A DNA stretch of 62,251 nucleotides, filler included, from Candidatus Eiseniibacteriota bacterium (GCA_043809585.1; 5 parts of 5 records of this genome joined end to end with filler, not necessarily neighbours in it); one strand, 5' to 3'. Numbered from the whole stretch's first letter, positions 1-9,505 are shown. Program-made: numbers and translations. Notes: generated by a model from the sequence alone, not told the origin.

Positions 1-265
1 GGTATCCGATCCGCAGGTCCCGGCTGCGGTGGACGTTTCCTCCCGTCGGGTCCAGTTCGCCGGCGATGAGCCGCAGGAGCGTGGTCTTGCCCTCGCCGTT
101 GGGCCCGACCAGGCTGACGCGCTGCCCCCGGGCAAGGCGGAAGGACGCGTTGCGGACCACTTCCACGGCCCTCTCGTCGTCGCCGTGAAAGGCGTCCGAC
201 GGGCAAACGGTCACACAGTCGGTGAATCGGCACATGTGGCAGTTCTCGGTGACTACGTGCGGCAT
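1..265 (-). CDS. 5' part of an ABC-F-like ATPase with an N-terminal ferredoxin-like Cys motif (runs off the window edge)
   Basis: Not in the ORF track. My translation from ATG 265 (RBS GAGGAG upstream): MPHVVTENCHMCRFTDCVTVCPSDAFHGDDERAVEVVRNASFRLARGQRVSLVGPNGEGKTTLLRLIAGELDPTGGNVHRSRDLRIGY. It has Walker A GPNGEGKT and the ABC-F-like 'LRIGY'. Confidence 0.8.
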   Translation of the reverse strand, partial: MPHVVTENCHMCRFTDCVTVCPSDAFHGDDERAVEVVRNASFRLARGQRVSLVGPNGEGKTTLLRLIAGELDPTGGNVHRSRDLRIGY

Positions 266-443
266 CCTTCTCTCCTCGCATCCTCCGCCCGGGCGCCGGG
301 CGTAACCGTGTCATCGTCCCCTCCCCCGGGGGAGAGGGACATCCACTTCGACCCGCCGGGGACAAGCCGGTTGGGGAAGAGAATAGCCGAAGACCCCCTT
401 CATGACCAGGGTCAATCTCACGGGCGGGCTCTCTTTTGCGGCG

Positions 444-884
444 CTATTTCCGGCGCTTCGATTCCCCCGCCTCGAGGGATCGCCGCACCGCCAGCGTCGC
501 TCCTCCGAAGAGGAGGGCGCCGGCGAAGAAGAAGATGGCCAGCCCCGAGGCCGGAGGCGAGTCGAACCGGACCGCCACGTTCCGGCCGGCCACTTCCACG
601 CCTTCCGAGTCGGTCAAGACGAGGCGCGTGATGCCGGCATCCCGGGGCGTCCAGAGAAGGGTCCCCGTCTCGTCGAGGAAGCCGAGTTCCTCGGTCTTCT
701 CGGTCCGGCTCTCCGGCCGGTAGACGGCGCGAAGCCGATGAGGCCCCCCATCCCCGACGCCCGCGAAGGTCACGGTGACCGGCTCCCCCCGGGTCGGATT
801 CGGAAGCTCCAGCTCGAGATCGACCGCCTCCGCCGCCGCGGCGGCGAGGAAGATCGCGAAGAGGAGGGTCGCGGCGGTTCGCAT
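444..884 (-). CDS. Exported membrane-anchored hypothetical protein (146 aa)
   Basis: C-terminal part of ORF 444..2597 from MRTAATLLFAIFLAAAAAEA (signal peptide). Beta-rich middle, C-terminal TM helix and basic tail. ATG overlaps the transporter stop (TGATG). Confidence 0.7.
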   Translation of the reverse strand: MRTAATLLFAIFLAAAAAEAVDLELELPNPTRGEPVTVTFAGVGDGGPHRLRAVYRPESRTEKTEELGFLDETGTLLWTPRDAGITRLVLTDSEGVEVAGRNVAVRFDSPPASGLAIFFFAGALLFGGATLAVRRSLEAGESKRRK

Positions 885-2440
885 CAATCCACTCCGTCCA
901 GCAGCGAGGGACCGCGTCCCCGGCGCCTTTGATAGATGCCGGCGCCGGTCAGAAGAAGCGCTCCTCCCGCCGTGAAGAGGATCCAGAGGGCGAGGACGAG
1001 CACGTGGAGGTTGGTCAGTGATCCGGTCACCATGGCGTTTCCGTAGAGCCCTCTTGCGAACTCGGCGCGGATCGAGAACCCGAGGATCACGAGGATCACC
1101 ACGGGGATGACGACCTTGATCATCCAGTCCCAGACCGGTCCGATCCGGAGCCGGGAGGTGGCGTTCATGTGGGCCCGCAGCTTGTCCGCGCCGAGCACCC
1201 AGCCGACGAAGACGCACTCGAGGAACCCGCAGATCAGCAGCCCGTAGGAGAAGGCCCAGTGATCGAAGAGATCCAGGAGGGAGAGACCGAGGGTGCCGTT
1301 CGACTCGAGGGCGGGGTCGATGATCTTCGGCAGGGCGAAGCAGCACGATCCGACGGTCCCGAGGAGGAAGATCACGATGACGGTCTTCTTCCGGGAGACG
1401 CCGAACTTGTCGATGACGCCCGCCCCGACCGCCTCGACGAGGGAGACCGACGAGGTGAGGCCGGCGGTCAGGAGCAGCGTGAAGAAGAGAACGCCGAAGA
1501 GGCGCACGCCGACCGGGAACGAACCGATGCCCTCGGGGATGACGAAGAAGGTCATGCTGAGCGTCGACGCCCGGGGCACGATGGCGAAACAGAAGAGGAG
1601 CGAGAAGATCGCGAGGCCCGCGATGTACTCGAAGGAGCAGTTGAGGAAACTGATCGAAAGGGCGTTCGTCGGCTGGTCCGACTTCTTCGGAAGATACGAC
1701 GCGTAGGTCGCCATGATGCCGAAGCCGAGGGAAAGGGTGAAGAACATCTGGGAGAACGCCCCCTGCCACACTTCGGGATCCTTCATCACCTCGAAGTCGG
1801 GGGTGAAGAGGAGCATCAGCCCTTGGGAGCCGTTCGGGAGGGTCAGCCCCCGGAGAATCAGCACGATCATGAAGAGCCACATGAGAGGGACGAAGATCTT
1901 GACCGCCTTCTCGATCGACTTGGTCCCCCACCAGACAATGAGGGCGTTCATGAGCCAGACCACGATCACGTAGGCGATGGTGTCGAATTTGGAGACCATG
2001 TCGAAGAAGAACGACATGGAACGGGAGAGGACGCCCGCCTCGATGCCGAAGGCGGGGACCGCCGACGGCTCCCACAGGGACCCGAAGGCGCCGATCCACA
2101 TCCCGAGCACCCAGGCGAGGATCGTGATGTAGTACATGGTGATGACCGAGGCGTTCAGGAGGCCGAACCAGCCGACCCACTCCCCCTTGACGCCCGCCGC
2201 CCGGTACATCGCTTCCGGGAATCCGCGCTGGGCCCGGTGGCCGAGACCGAGTTCGAGCATCATCACGGGAATGCCGAGGAGGAAGAGGGCGACCAGATAG
2301 GGGATGTAGAAGGCGCCGGCGCCGAATCTGTAGGCGTTGGCGCTGAAGAAGACGATGTTGCCGAGACCGATGGCCGACCCGGACGCGGCGAGGATGAACC
2401 CGAGTTTCGACTTCCACTGACCACGATCGGCATCGGACAT
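884..2440 (-). CDS. Sodium-dependent transporter, NSS/SLC6 (LeuT-like) family
   Basis: RGQWKSKLGFILAASGSAIGLGN, GAGAFYIPY and QMFFTLSLGFG signatures; about 12 hydrophobic helices; likely start MSDADRGQW at 2440. Confidence 0.93.
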   Translation of the reverse strand: MSDADRGQWKSKLGFILAASGSAIGLGNIVFFSANAYRFGAGAFYIPYLVALFLLGIPVMMLELGLGHRAQRGFPEAMYRAAGVKGEWVGWFGLLNASVITMYYITILAWVLGMWIGAFGSLWEPSAVPAFGIEAGVLSRSMSFFFDMVSKFDTIAYVIVVWLMNALIVWWGTKSIEKAVKIFVPLMWLFMIVLILRGLTLPNGSQGLMLLFTPDFEVMKDPEVWQGAFSQMFFTLSLGFGIMATYASYLPKKSDQPTNALSISFLNCSFEYIAGLAIFSLLFCFAIVPRASTLSMTFFVIPEGIGSFPVGVRLFGVLFFTLLLTAGLTSSVSLVEAVGAGVIDKFGVSRKKTVIVIFLLGTVGSCCFALPKIIDPALESNGTLGLSLLDLFDHWAFSYGLLICGFLECVFVGWVLGADKLRAHMNATSRLRIGPVWDWMIKVVIPVVILVILGFSIRAEFARGLYGNAMVTGSLTNLHVLVLALWILFTAGGALLLTGAGIYQRRRGRGPSLLDGVD

Positions 2441-2598
2441 AGAACGCCCCCGTCTGGCCCGCCTGGTGGGATTCGCGGGCAAGGGTAGGAACTGGGGAAC
2501 GATCTGTCAACCGTGGCATTCCCGCCCCGTGCGGCGCGGCCGATCCGGCGGGCAAGGTGCTCCTCGTCAATTGATCCGCGCCCGACCATGAACTCACC

Positions 2599-2625
2599 GC
2601 CCCCGGCCGACGCCGGGGGCTTTTT
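2599..2625 (+). terminator. Intrinsic terminator-like hairpin
   Basis: GCCCCCGGC-CGAC-GCCGGGGGC perfect 9-bp stem followed by TTTTT. Confidence 0.55.
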
Positions 2626-2701
2626 CGTCACGCCCGTTCCCTGGTGACTGTCGCCGCGAGTCCTGTAGAATGGATCGATCCCGAGCGGAGGTGATGGGCC
2701 C

Positions 2702-4204
2702 GTGACGACAAGGAGCGGAGTCGGCCGGCGAGCGGCGGCCTTGGGGTTCGCGGGGCTGCTCGCCCTCTCGTGCGGCGCCCGGGAGAGACCGTCCGGGCCG
2801 CCCCCCGTCATCCTGATCAGCTTCTGCTCGATGAGGGCCGATCACATGGGCTGCTACGGCTACGGCCGGGAGACGTCGCCCGTCCTCGACGCCCTCGCCC
2901 GGAAGGGCGTTCTCTTCGAACGGGCCGTCAGCCCCTGGCCCAAGACGTCACCCGCCTTCTCGTCGATCATGACCGGCGCCTATCCCCACACCACCGGCGT
3001 GATGTGGAAGACCGCCGGCGTCCGCCTCGCCGACGAGCACCTCACCCTCGCCGAGATCCTCCGGGAGAAGGGGTACGCGACGGCGGCCTTCACCTCTTCC
3101 GGCGCCCTCGGCCCCCCGTTGAACATCGGCCAGGGCTTCGACGTCTACGAAGAGACCTGGAAGGAGAACCGGAACCGCTCCTACCGGCTCGAAATCCGCT
3201 ACGACCGGACCGCAACGGAAGCGCTCCGCTGGATCGACGCCCACGAGGGGGGTCCGTTTCTTCTTTGGGTGCACTTCAACAACGCCCACTACCCGTACAA
3301 GGCGCCGGACGAGTTGGCCGCCCCCTTCGAGGGGGACTCCCTCTACGCGGACACCCTGCGCGCGCCGATCGGCTACGACCAGAACCGGGTCCTCGACCTC
3401 CCGCCGGGCCATCCGAACGCCGCCCAGGTCCTCCACAACGATCTCGGCGTGATCCCGGAGCGGGGGGCCCTTCCGGTCCGCCCGGGTTCCCGGGAGTTCC
3501 GGCGGGACCTCGCCCACTACGTCGCCCGTTACGACGCCGGCATTCGGTGGGCGGATCGCTCGGCGGCGATTCTGCTCGAAGGCCTCGAGGAGCGGGGCCT
3601 TCTCGACCGGTCCCTGACGGTCCTCTTCGCCGACCACGGGGAGGCCCTCGGGGATCACGACTTCTTCTTCGAGCACGGCCGGTTCGTCTACGACGACTGC
3701 ATGAAGGTACCCCTGATTCTCCACGATCCGGCCCGCGTCCCCGGGGGACGGAGAATCGCCGCGCCGGTCGGCGTCTTCAGCATCCTTCCCACGATCCTCG
3801 AACTGCTCGGCGAAGAAGTGCCCGGCTCCGTCGAGAGCCCGAGCCTCCTCCCCCTCCTCGAAGGAAGGGGGGAGATTCGTCCCGTCTTCGCCGAAGGGGG
3901 CTACGAGGTCGATTTTCTTACGATGATCCGGGATGGGGAATGGAAGATGATCCATGCGCCGAACGGCCGGGACCGGGCGGTCATGACGGGCGCCGAGTTC
4001 GAACTCTACCGGCCCGCCGACGACCCCGGCGAAACCAGGAATCTGGCGGACACGGAGCCGTCCACGGCGGACCGTCTACGGAGGGAACTCCTCGCTTGGG
4101 AAGCGACCTGGCGGGCCGGCGTCGCGGGCGCCGAGGCCCCCCCGGACCTCGACATCGACGAGGCGACCTTGAAAGACCTCCGCTCCATGGGGTATGTGCG
4201 TTAG
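2702..4204 (+). CDS. Sulfatase-like / alkaline phosphatase superfamily lipoprotein
   Basis: Lipoprotein-like signal (LALSC); MRADHMGCYGY, KTSPAFSSIMTG, WVHFNNAHYPY, ADHGE, EHG, ELY..DDPGETRNL and LRSMGYV motifs. Confidence 0.88.
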   Translation: MTTRSGVGRRAAALGFAGLLALSCGARERPSGPPPVILISFCSMRADHMGCYGYGRETSPVLDALARKGVLFERAVSPWPKTSPAFSSIMTGAYPHTTGVMWKTAGVRLADEHLTLAEILREKGYATAAFTSSGALGPPLNIGQGFDVYEETWKENRNRSYRLEIRYDRTATEALRWIDAHEGGPFLLWVHFNNAHYPYKAPDELAAPFEGDSLYADTLRAPIGYDQNRVLDLPPGHPNAAQVLHNDLGVIPERGALPVRPGSREFRRDLAHYVARYDAGIRWADRSAAILLEGLEERGLLDRSLTVLFADHGEALGDHDFFFEHGRFVYDDCMKVPLILHDPARVPGGRRIAAPVGVFSILPTILELLGEEVPGSVESPSLLPLLEGRGEIRPVFAEGGYEVDFLTMIRDGEWKMIHAPNGRDRAVMTGAEFELYRPADDPGETRNLADTEPSTADRLRRELLAWEATWRAGVAGAEAPPDLDIDEATLKDLRSMGYVR

Positions 4205-4231
4205 CCGCCGATCCCCCAGGAAGGACCGGCC

Positions 4232-6745
4232 ATGACCGCGCTCTTCGCCTGGCTTCTCTTTTTCGGCGCCCTTCTTCTTGGATACCGCCTTCGCGTGCGG
4301 ACTCCGGAGGAGACCGCCCGGCGCATGATGTTCGCCTTCGTGCTGGCGTTTCTCGGCCGGTTCGTCGGCTTCCTGGCGAAGGGCGTCGATGCCGAAGCGA
4401 CCGTCCCCCTGATCGGACTCCGGGGGGTAGTGGTCATCAGCGCGGCCATCGAGACCGCGGCGCTGGTCTTCGCCGCCGCCATCGTCACGCTCTCGATCCT
4501 CGATCTCTCGGGGAAGAGGCTGCGCAAGATCCGGTTCGGCCTCCTCGGCCTCGGACTCGCGATCATGTTCACCTCTCCTCTTCACGGCGCCGAGTGGAGC
4601 TCGTTCGTCTTCTTCATCCTTTTCGCCCTCTCCTCGCGGTGGACACGGGATGTGCACGGCTTCGCCCGCCTCGGCGCCGCCCTGCCCGCATTCCTGTTCG
4701 CCATTACGGCCGCCGTCTCCCGGGATTGGCCGGAGGCCTTCGCGGGACCCTTTCTCCGCAACACCGGCACCTTCCGCGCCCCCGCGACGCTCCTCCTCGC
4801 GATCCACGGGCTCGCCGCCGCCCCCCGTCTCGTCTTCGGCTTTCGTCTCGAGGTGCGGCGCATCGGGCGTCGTCTTCTCGTCTCCCACCTTCTCGGGATA
4901 CTCGTCCCCACGATCCTCGCCGTTTCTTTCGTCTTCCTTCTCGCGCTCGTGAGCATCGCCGAGAGCCGGGCCGCGTCGGCGAAGCGGTTGATCAACGAAC
5001 GGGGGACGGCGATCCGGACCGGATTGGAGCGGGCGCTGATCGCATCGGGCGCGGCCCGGGACGGGGTCCCGTCCGATCCCGCGGCGGCGGGAGCCACCAT
5101 GCTCGCCCTCTTCGACGAGCCCCCCGGCGGATCGGCCTTGATCCTCTCCCGCGTCGGGGGCGAGGGGACGGCCGAACTTCTCTCGCTCACCCTCTCCGGC
5201 GGCGCAGGGGCGGAGAGGGAACGGGACCCCGTCCCCGGCGATCCCGAGGCGTGGGTACTGCCCACCGCCACGTGGCTCGCCCGCCCGCCATCGACCGAAG
5301 ATCCGATCCTCTTCGCGGAAGGCAAGGTCCTTCTGGGCGTGCGGGCGAGTGCGCCCCTCGGGGATGGATCGCACCTCCGGGCCGATTTTTTCCGGGAGAT
5401 TCCCCTCGGCCGGCTGGTGGAAGCGGAGAGGATCCTCGGCGCGCCCGCACGGATCAATCCTCTCGTCCGGGTCATGACCGATGGGAACGGCGTCACGATC
5501 GGCCCCATCGACACGGAGACCCGGGACCGGGCCCTCGCCGACCGGGAGCGTTGGGAGGAGGCGGGGCTCGAGGCGGAATCGGAGGAACTGGGAGCCGGCC
5601 GGTGGATGCCGGGGGCCGCGCTGATTCTGCTCGCATCCTTCGACGACGAGGAAGGCGCGTGGTCCGAGCGGCTCGCCCTCGTCACCTCCCGCGCGGCGCC
5701 CCGGGACATTTGGACGGGCGTCTCCTCGTGGGAGCGAAACCGGCTCAGCCTGGCGGGACTGATCGCCCTTCTGTTCATCGCGCTCCTCTTTCTTCTCGTC
5801 GTGAGCGGTGTGCTCGGGACCGTGCTCACCATGAACCGGGCGATCGCGGTCGCTCTGGGCCTCCTCACCCGGGGCACGCGCCGCCTCCGGGACGGCGACT
5901 TCGATCACCGCATCGAGGTGCCCGGCGAAGACGAACTGGCCCAGCTCGGCGACGAATTCAACCGCATGGCCGAGGGCCTCGAAGAGGGCCGCCGTCTCGC
6001 CATCGAGAAGGAGCGGGTCGAGCAGGAGCTGGCCATCGCGAAAGAGATCCAGCAGAAACTCCTTCCCGAGTCGCCCCCGGTAGTCCCCGGGCTCGAACTG
6101 GCGGGGATCAGCATCCCCGCCCGAGAGGTGGGGGGCGATTACTTCGATTTTCTCCTCCTCGACACCGGAATCCTCGCGGTGGTGATCGCGGACGTCTCGG
6201 GAAAGGGTGTTCCCGCGGCTCTCCTCATGTCCTCCCTCCGGGCCTCCCTCCATGCCGGCCTGTCGGCGGACCTCGAACCGGCGGCGACGGCGGTCCGCCT
6301 GAACGGGTTCGTATACGCGAGCACGAAATCGGAGAACTTCATCACCGGTTTCCTGGGAGTCGTGAACGCCGAGAGCGGCGAGGTCCGGTTCGCGAATGCC
6401 GGGCACGAGTCTCCTCTGCTCCTCCGGAACGGCGGCGGGGTGGAAGCGGTCGAAGGGGGAGGATTGATGCTCGGCGCGTTCGCCGAAGCGCCCTACGACG
6501 AAATCCGCTTCCGGTTGGAGACGGGAGACCTGATGCTGCTCTACACGGACGGCGTCACGGAGGCGATGGACCGGAGCGGGGCTTTTTACGGCGAGGACAG
6601 ACTGCGCGGGACCCTCGCCGGGTCGGCGGGGTCGGCCGCTTCCGAGGTCCTCCGGGATCTGGTCGAAGACGTGCGGCGCTTCACGGCCGGCGCGGAACCG
6701 TCCGACGACATCACACTCGTCGCGATCCGACGGGTCGGCGTTTGA
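4232..6745 (+). CDS. Membrane HAMP-domain PP2C/SpoIIE (RsbU-like) Ser phosphatase
   Basis: Multiple N-terminal TMs, HAMP (DELAQLGDEFNRMA), ELAIAKEIQQKLLP, VGGDYFD, ADVSGKG, NAGH, YTDGVTEA, DDIT. Confidence 0.92.
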   Translation: MTALFAWLLFFGALLLGYRLRVRTPEETARRMMFAFVLAFLGRFVGFLAKGVDAEATVPLIGLRGVVVISAAIETAALVFAAAIVTLSILDLSGKRLRKIRFGLLGLGLAIMFTSPLHGAEWSSFVFFILFALSSRWTRDVHGFARLGAALPAFLFAITAAVSRDWPEAFAGPFLRNTGTFRAPATLLLAIHGLAAAPRLVFGFRLEVRRIGRRLLVSHLLGILVPTILAVSFVFLLALVSIAESRAASAKRLINERGTAIRTGLERALIASGAARDGVPSDPAAAGATMLALFDEPPGGSALILSRVGGEGTAELLSLTLSGGAGAERERDPVPGDPEAWVLPTATWLARPPSTEDPILFAEGKVLLGVRASAPLGDGSHLRADFFREIPLGRLVEAERILGAPARINPLVRVMTDGNGVTIGPIDTETRDRALADRERWEEAGLEAESEELGAGRWMPGAALILLASFDDEEGAWSERLALVTSRAAPRDIWTGVSSWERNRLSLAGLIALLFIALLFLLVVSGVLGTVLTMNRAIAVALGLLTRGTRRLRDGDFDHRIEVPGEDELAQLGDEFNRMAEGLEEGRRLAIEKERVEQELAIAKEIQQKLLPESPPVVPGLELAGISIPAREVGGDYFDFLLLDTGILAVVIADVSGKGVPAALLMSSLRASLHAGLSADLEPAATAVRLNGFVYASTKSENFITGFLGVVNAESGEVRFANAGHESPLLLRNGGGVEAVEGGGLMLGAFAEAPYDEIRFRLETGDLMLLYTDGVTEAMDRSGAFYGEDRLRGTLAGSAGSAASEVLRDLVEDVRRFTAGAEPSDDITLVAIRRVGV

Positions 6746-6762
6746 GTCCGGAAGGAGATCCC

Positions 6763-6936
6763 ATGTTCCATCAATTGCAAGATCCGGGGTACGTCGTGGG
6801 CTGGGGCACCCTCGCCCTCATCAACGCCGGGCTCGCCCAGGGAAAGAACCGGAGCGGGCTCGTCTGGTTCCTGCTCTCCCTTCCGCTCGGACCGATCGCC
6901 ACGCTTCTCTTGGTCGTCGTCTCGAAGAGAGACTAG
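6763..6936 (+). CDS. Small two-TM membrane protein (57 aa)
   Basis: RBS GAAGGAG then MFHQLQDPGYVVGWGTLALINAGLAQGKNRSGLVWFLLSLPLGPIATLLLVVVSKRD. Confidence 0.75.
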   Translation: MFHQLQDPGYVVGWGTLALINAGLAQGKNRSGLVWFLLSLPLGPIATLLLVVVSKRD

Positions 6937-7115
6937 CCTGGATTATGCACAAGTCTCCTACTGCGATCTCGGATCGCCGCCTGCGAAGCCTCCTTTCCGT
7001 CGCCGCCTCCTCGACGTAGTGCATGACTACGCCTCCGGTGGCGGCTCGTCCAAGTCGGCTTCTCGTCAGGCGATCCGAGCCCTCGTGACGGAGATTCATG
7101 CATAATCCAGGCTAG
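6933..7115. mobile_element. MITE-like repeat family A, complete 183-bp copy
   Basis: Terminal inverted repeat CTAGCCTGGATTATGCA...TGCATAATCCAGGCTAG; self-complementary interior; five copies in the window. Confidence 0.85.
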
Positions 7116-9277
7116 AAATCCACGTCCATGTCGAGCACCGAGGCGAGGAAGGCGTAGCGGTCCGCCCGCTCCTGGATCCGCTTGCTCGTCGGCATGCCCG
7201 CACCATGCCCCGCCTTCGTTTCCACCCGGAGGAGGATCGGCCCGTCCCCCCCCTGCGCCGCCTGAAGGGCGGCGGCGAACTTGAACGAGTGGCTCGGCAC
7301 CACCCGGTCGTCATGGTCCGCCGTCAGGATCAACGTGGCCGGATAGCTCGTGCCCGGCTTCAGATTGTGGAGGGGGGAATAGGCCCGGAGGAAGCGGAAC
7401 TGCTCCGGATCGTCCGATGTGCCGAAGTCCGGCGCCCACGCCCAGCCGATCGTCCAGAGATGGTAGCGGAGCATGTCCGCCACCGGGACCGCGCAGAGAA
7501 CACCCCCCACGAGGTCCGGCCGCTGTTCGAGCACGGCCGCCACCATAAGGCCCCCGTTGCTCCCCCCGCCGATGGAGAGCTTGTCCGGCCGCGTGTACTT
7601 CTCGGCGATCATGTACTCGCAGGCGGCGATGAAATCGTCGATACCGTTCTGCTTCTTTTCGAGTATGCCCGCCCGGTGCCACGGCTCCCCGTACTCCCCC
7701 CCGCCCCGGAGGCTCGGTACGGCGAGAACGCCCCCCATCTCGAGCCAGACCACGTGATAGGGACGGAAGTAGGGGGTCATGTTGATGTTGAACCCGCCGT
7801 AGGCGTAGATGTGCGTGGGCAGGTCGCCGGCCATCTCGAGCCTCTTCTCGTGGATGATGAACATCGGGATCTTCGTGCCGTCCCGGCTCGGGTAGAAGAC
7901 CTGCTTCGTCTCGTAGGCGGAGGGATCGAAGTCCACCTCGGGCGCCCAGAGGGGCTCGGCCCGCCCCTCGATGAAGTCGTAACGGAAGATCGTGTTCGGG
8001 TAGGTCCAGGAGCCGAAGTCGAAGAAGAACTCGTTCCCGTCGGGGCGGCCGATCAGCCCGCCGAGGCTCTCGAGGGACCCGTGGGAGTACTCCTCGACGC
8101 TGCCGGGAACGGGAAGAGCGACGTCTTTCACCATCGTTCCGTCCCGGTCGTAGATGGTGAGCTTCGACTTCACGTCGACCAGGGTATGGACGACGAGCTG
8201 GTCGTGGATCACCTTGGCCTCGATGATCACGCCCCCCCCCTCGGGAACCACATCGCGCCAATGCTCGTACCCCGGCTTCCCGTAGTCGATCTCCACGACC
8301 CGGAAACGGGGCGCGTCCCTGTCGGTGGCGAAGTAGAGCTTGTTCCCCACGTTCCCGGCGAAGCGGTAGCCGGCCTCCAGAACGGGAAGGAGCGGGAGGG
8401 GAATGTCCATCCGCTTCCGGAGATCGGCGATCGCGAGTCCCGCCCGGCGGTCGGTCCCCTTGGCGAAAGTTACCAGGAGAAAGCGGCCGTCGGGGGTGAC
8501 CGCTACGTCCAACCCGAGGTCCGGGTCGTCGGGCCGGGCATACACGAGTCGGTCCATCTCCTGGGGCGTGCCGACGGTGTGATGGTAGATCTTCTGGTTC
8601 CGGTTTTGCTCCTCGAAGTCCTTCCCCTCGGCCGGCTCGTCGAACCGGGCGTAGTAGAAGCCGTTCCCGCTCGGGTCCCAGGCGGCCGCGGCGAACTTGA
8701 TCCAGCGGAGCTCGTCCTCCAGGTCCTTTCCCTTCGCGAGGTCCCGCACATGAAATGTCTGCCAGTCCGAGCCGCTCTCGCTCACGCCGTACATCATGTA
8801 CCGGCCGTCGTCGCTGAAGGCGAGACCCGCGAGGGCCACCGTGCCATCCTCGGAGAGCGTATTCGGGTCGAGAAGAACTTCCGGCTCCCCGTCCAATCGA
8901 TCGAGGGAGTAGAGGACCGACTGATTTTGGAGCCCGTCGTTCTTGCCGAACACGTACCGCCCGCCGAGGGGGTAGGGGATGGTGTACCTCTCGTAGTTCC
9001 AGAGTTCGGTCATGCGCCGGGCGATCGCCTCCCGGGAGGGCTCGGCTCCCAGAAAGCGGAAGGTGATCTCGTTCTGGGCCTCCACGAACGCGGCGGTCTC
9101 GTCCGAATCAAGGTCCTCGAGCCACCGATAGGGGTCGGCCACCTTCGTGCCGTGATAATCATCCACCACATCCGTCCGGCGGACTTCCGGGTACTCGATC
9201 TTTCCCGAAAGGGCGGGCGCGGCGACGAGCAGCGCCGCGGCAAAGGTCAGCGTCCATCTCTTCAGCATCGTTGGCAT
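7112..9277 (-). CDS. Secreted prolyl oligopeptidase (S9A)
   Basis: Signal peptide, DPYRWLED, YGGF, LRGGGEYG, GGSNGG (catalytic Ser), DHDDRV, KAGHGAG. Start at 9277 or 9268. Confidence 0.95.
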   Translation of the reverse strand: MPTMLKRWTLTFAAALLVAAPALSGKIEYPEVRRTDVVDDYHGTKVADPYRWLEDLDSDETAAFVEAQNEITFRFLGAEPSREAIARRMTELWNYERYTIPYPLGGRYVFGKNDGLQNQSVLYSLDRLDGEPEVLLDPNTLSEDGTVALAGLAFSDDGRYMMYGVSESGSDWQTFHVRDLAKGKDLEDELRWIKFAAAAWDPSGNGFYYARFDEPAEGKDFEEQNRNQKIYHHTVGTPQEMDRLVYARPDDPDLGLDVAVTPDGRFLLVTFAKGTDRRAGLAIADLRKRMDIPLPLLPVLEAGYRFAGNVGNKLYFATDRDAPRFRVVEIDYGKPGYEHWRDVVPEGGGVIIEAKVIHDQLVVHTLVDVKSKLTIYDRDGTMVKDVALPVPGSVEEYSHGSLESLGGLIGRPDGNEFFFDFGSWTYPNTIFRYDFIEGRAEPLWAPEVDFDPSAYETKQVFYPSRDGTKIPMFIIHEKRLEMAGDLPTHIYAYGGFNINMTPYFRPYHVVWLEMGGVLAVPSLRGGGEYGEPWHRAGILEKKQNGIDDFIAACEYMIAEKYTRPDKLSIGGGSNGGLMVAAVLEQRPDLVGGVLCAVPVADMLRYHLWTIGWAWAPDFGTSDDPEQFRFLRAYSPLHNLKPGTSYPATLILTADHDDRVVPSHSFKFAAALQAAQGGDGPILLRVETKAGHGAGMPTSKRIQERADRYAFLASVLDMDVDF

Positions 9278-9505
9278 CCCTTCGGTGTTCGGGTTCCGTA
9301 GGCGTTCCGGGCCGGTGGGCAGGGCCCCGCCGCTCTTCCAGCATCATAGCACCGGCGCCGGCTCCGATCACGGACCGGGAGCGGAGACGCTGGAAAACCG
9401 GGCCGGGGTATGATAAACTGTTGATTGGCAAAACGCTAGGTTTCTTGTTCGGATTCAACCCGGCGATCTGCGAGCCCCTTCATCCCACCATCGGGGAGGT
9501 CCGTC

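Noticed and set aside
2770..6936. 1388-aa ORF and other long Arg/Pro/Gly-rich ORFs (9271..12057, 20864..23188, 28334..31345, 55357..58590)
   Set aside because: Shadow frames of high-GC genes that overlap well-supported CDSs. Only the last 57 aa of 2770..6936 look real.
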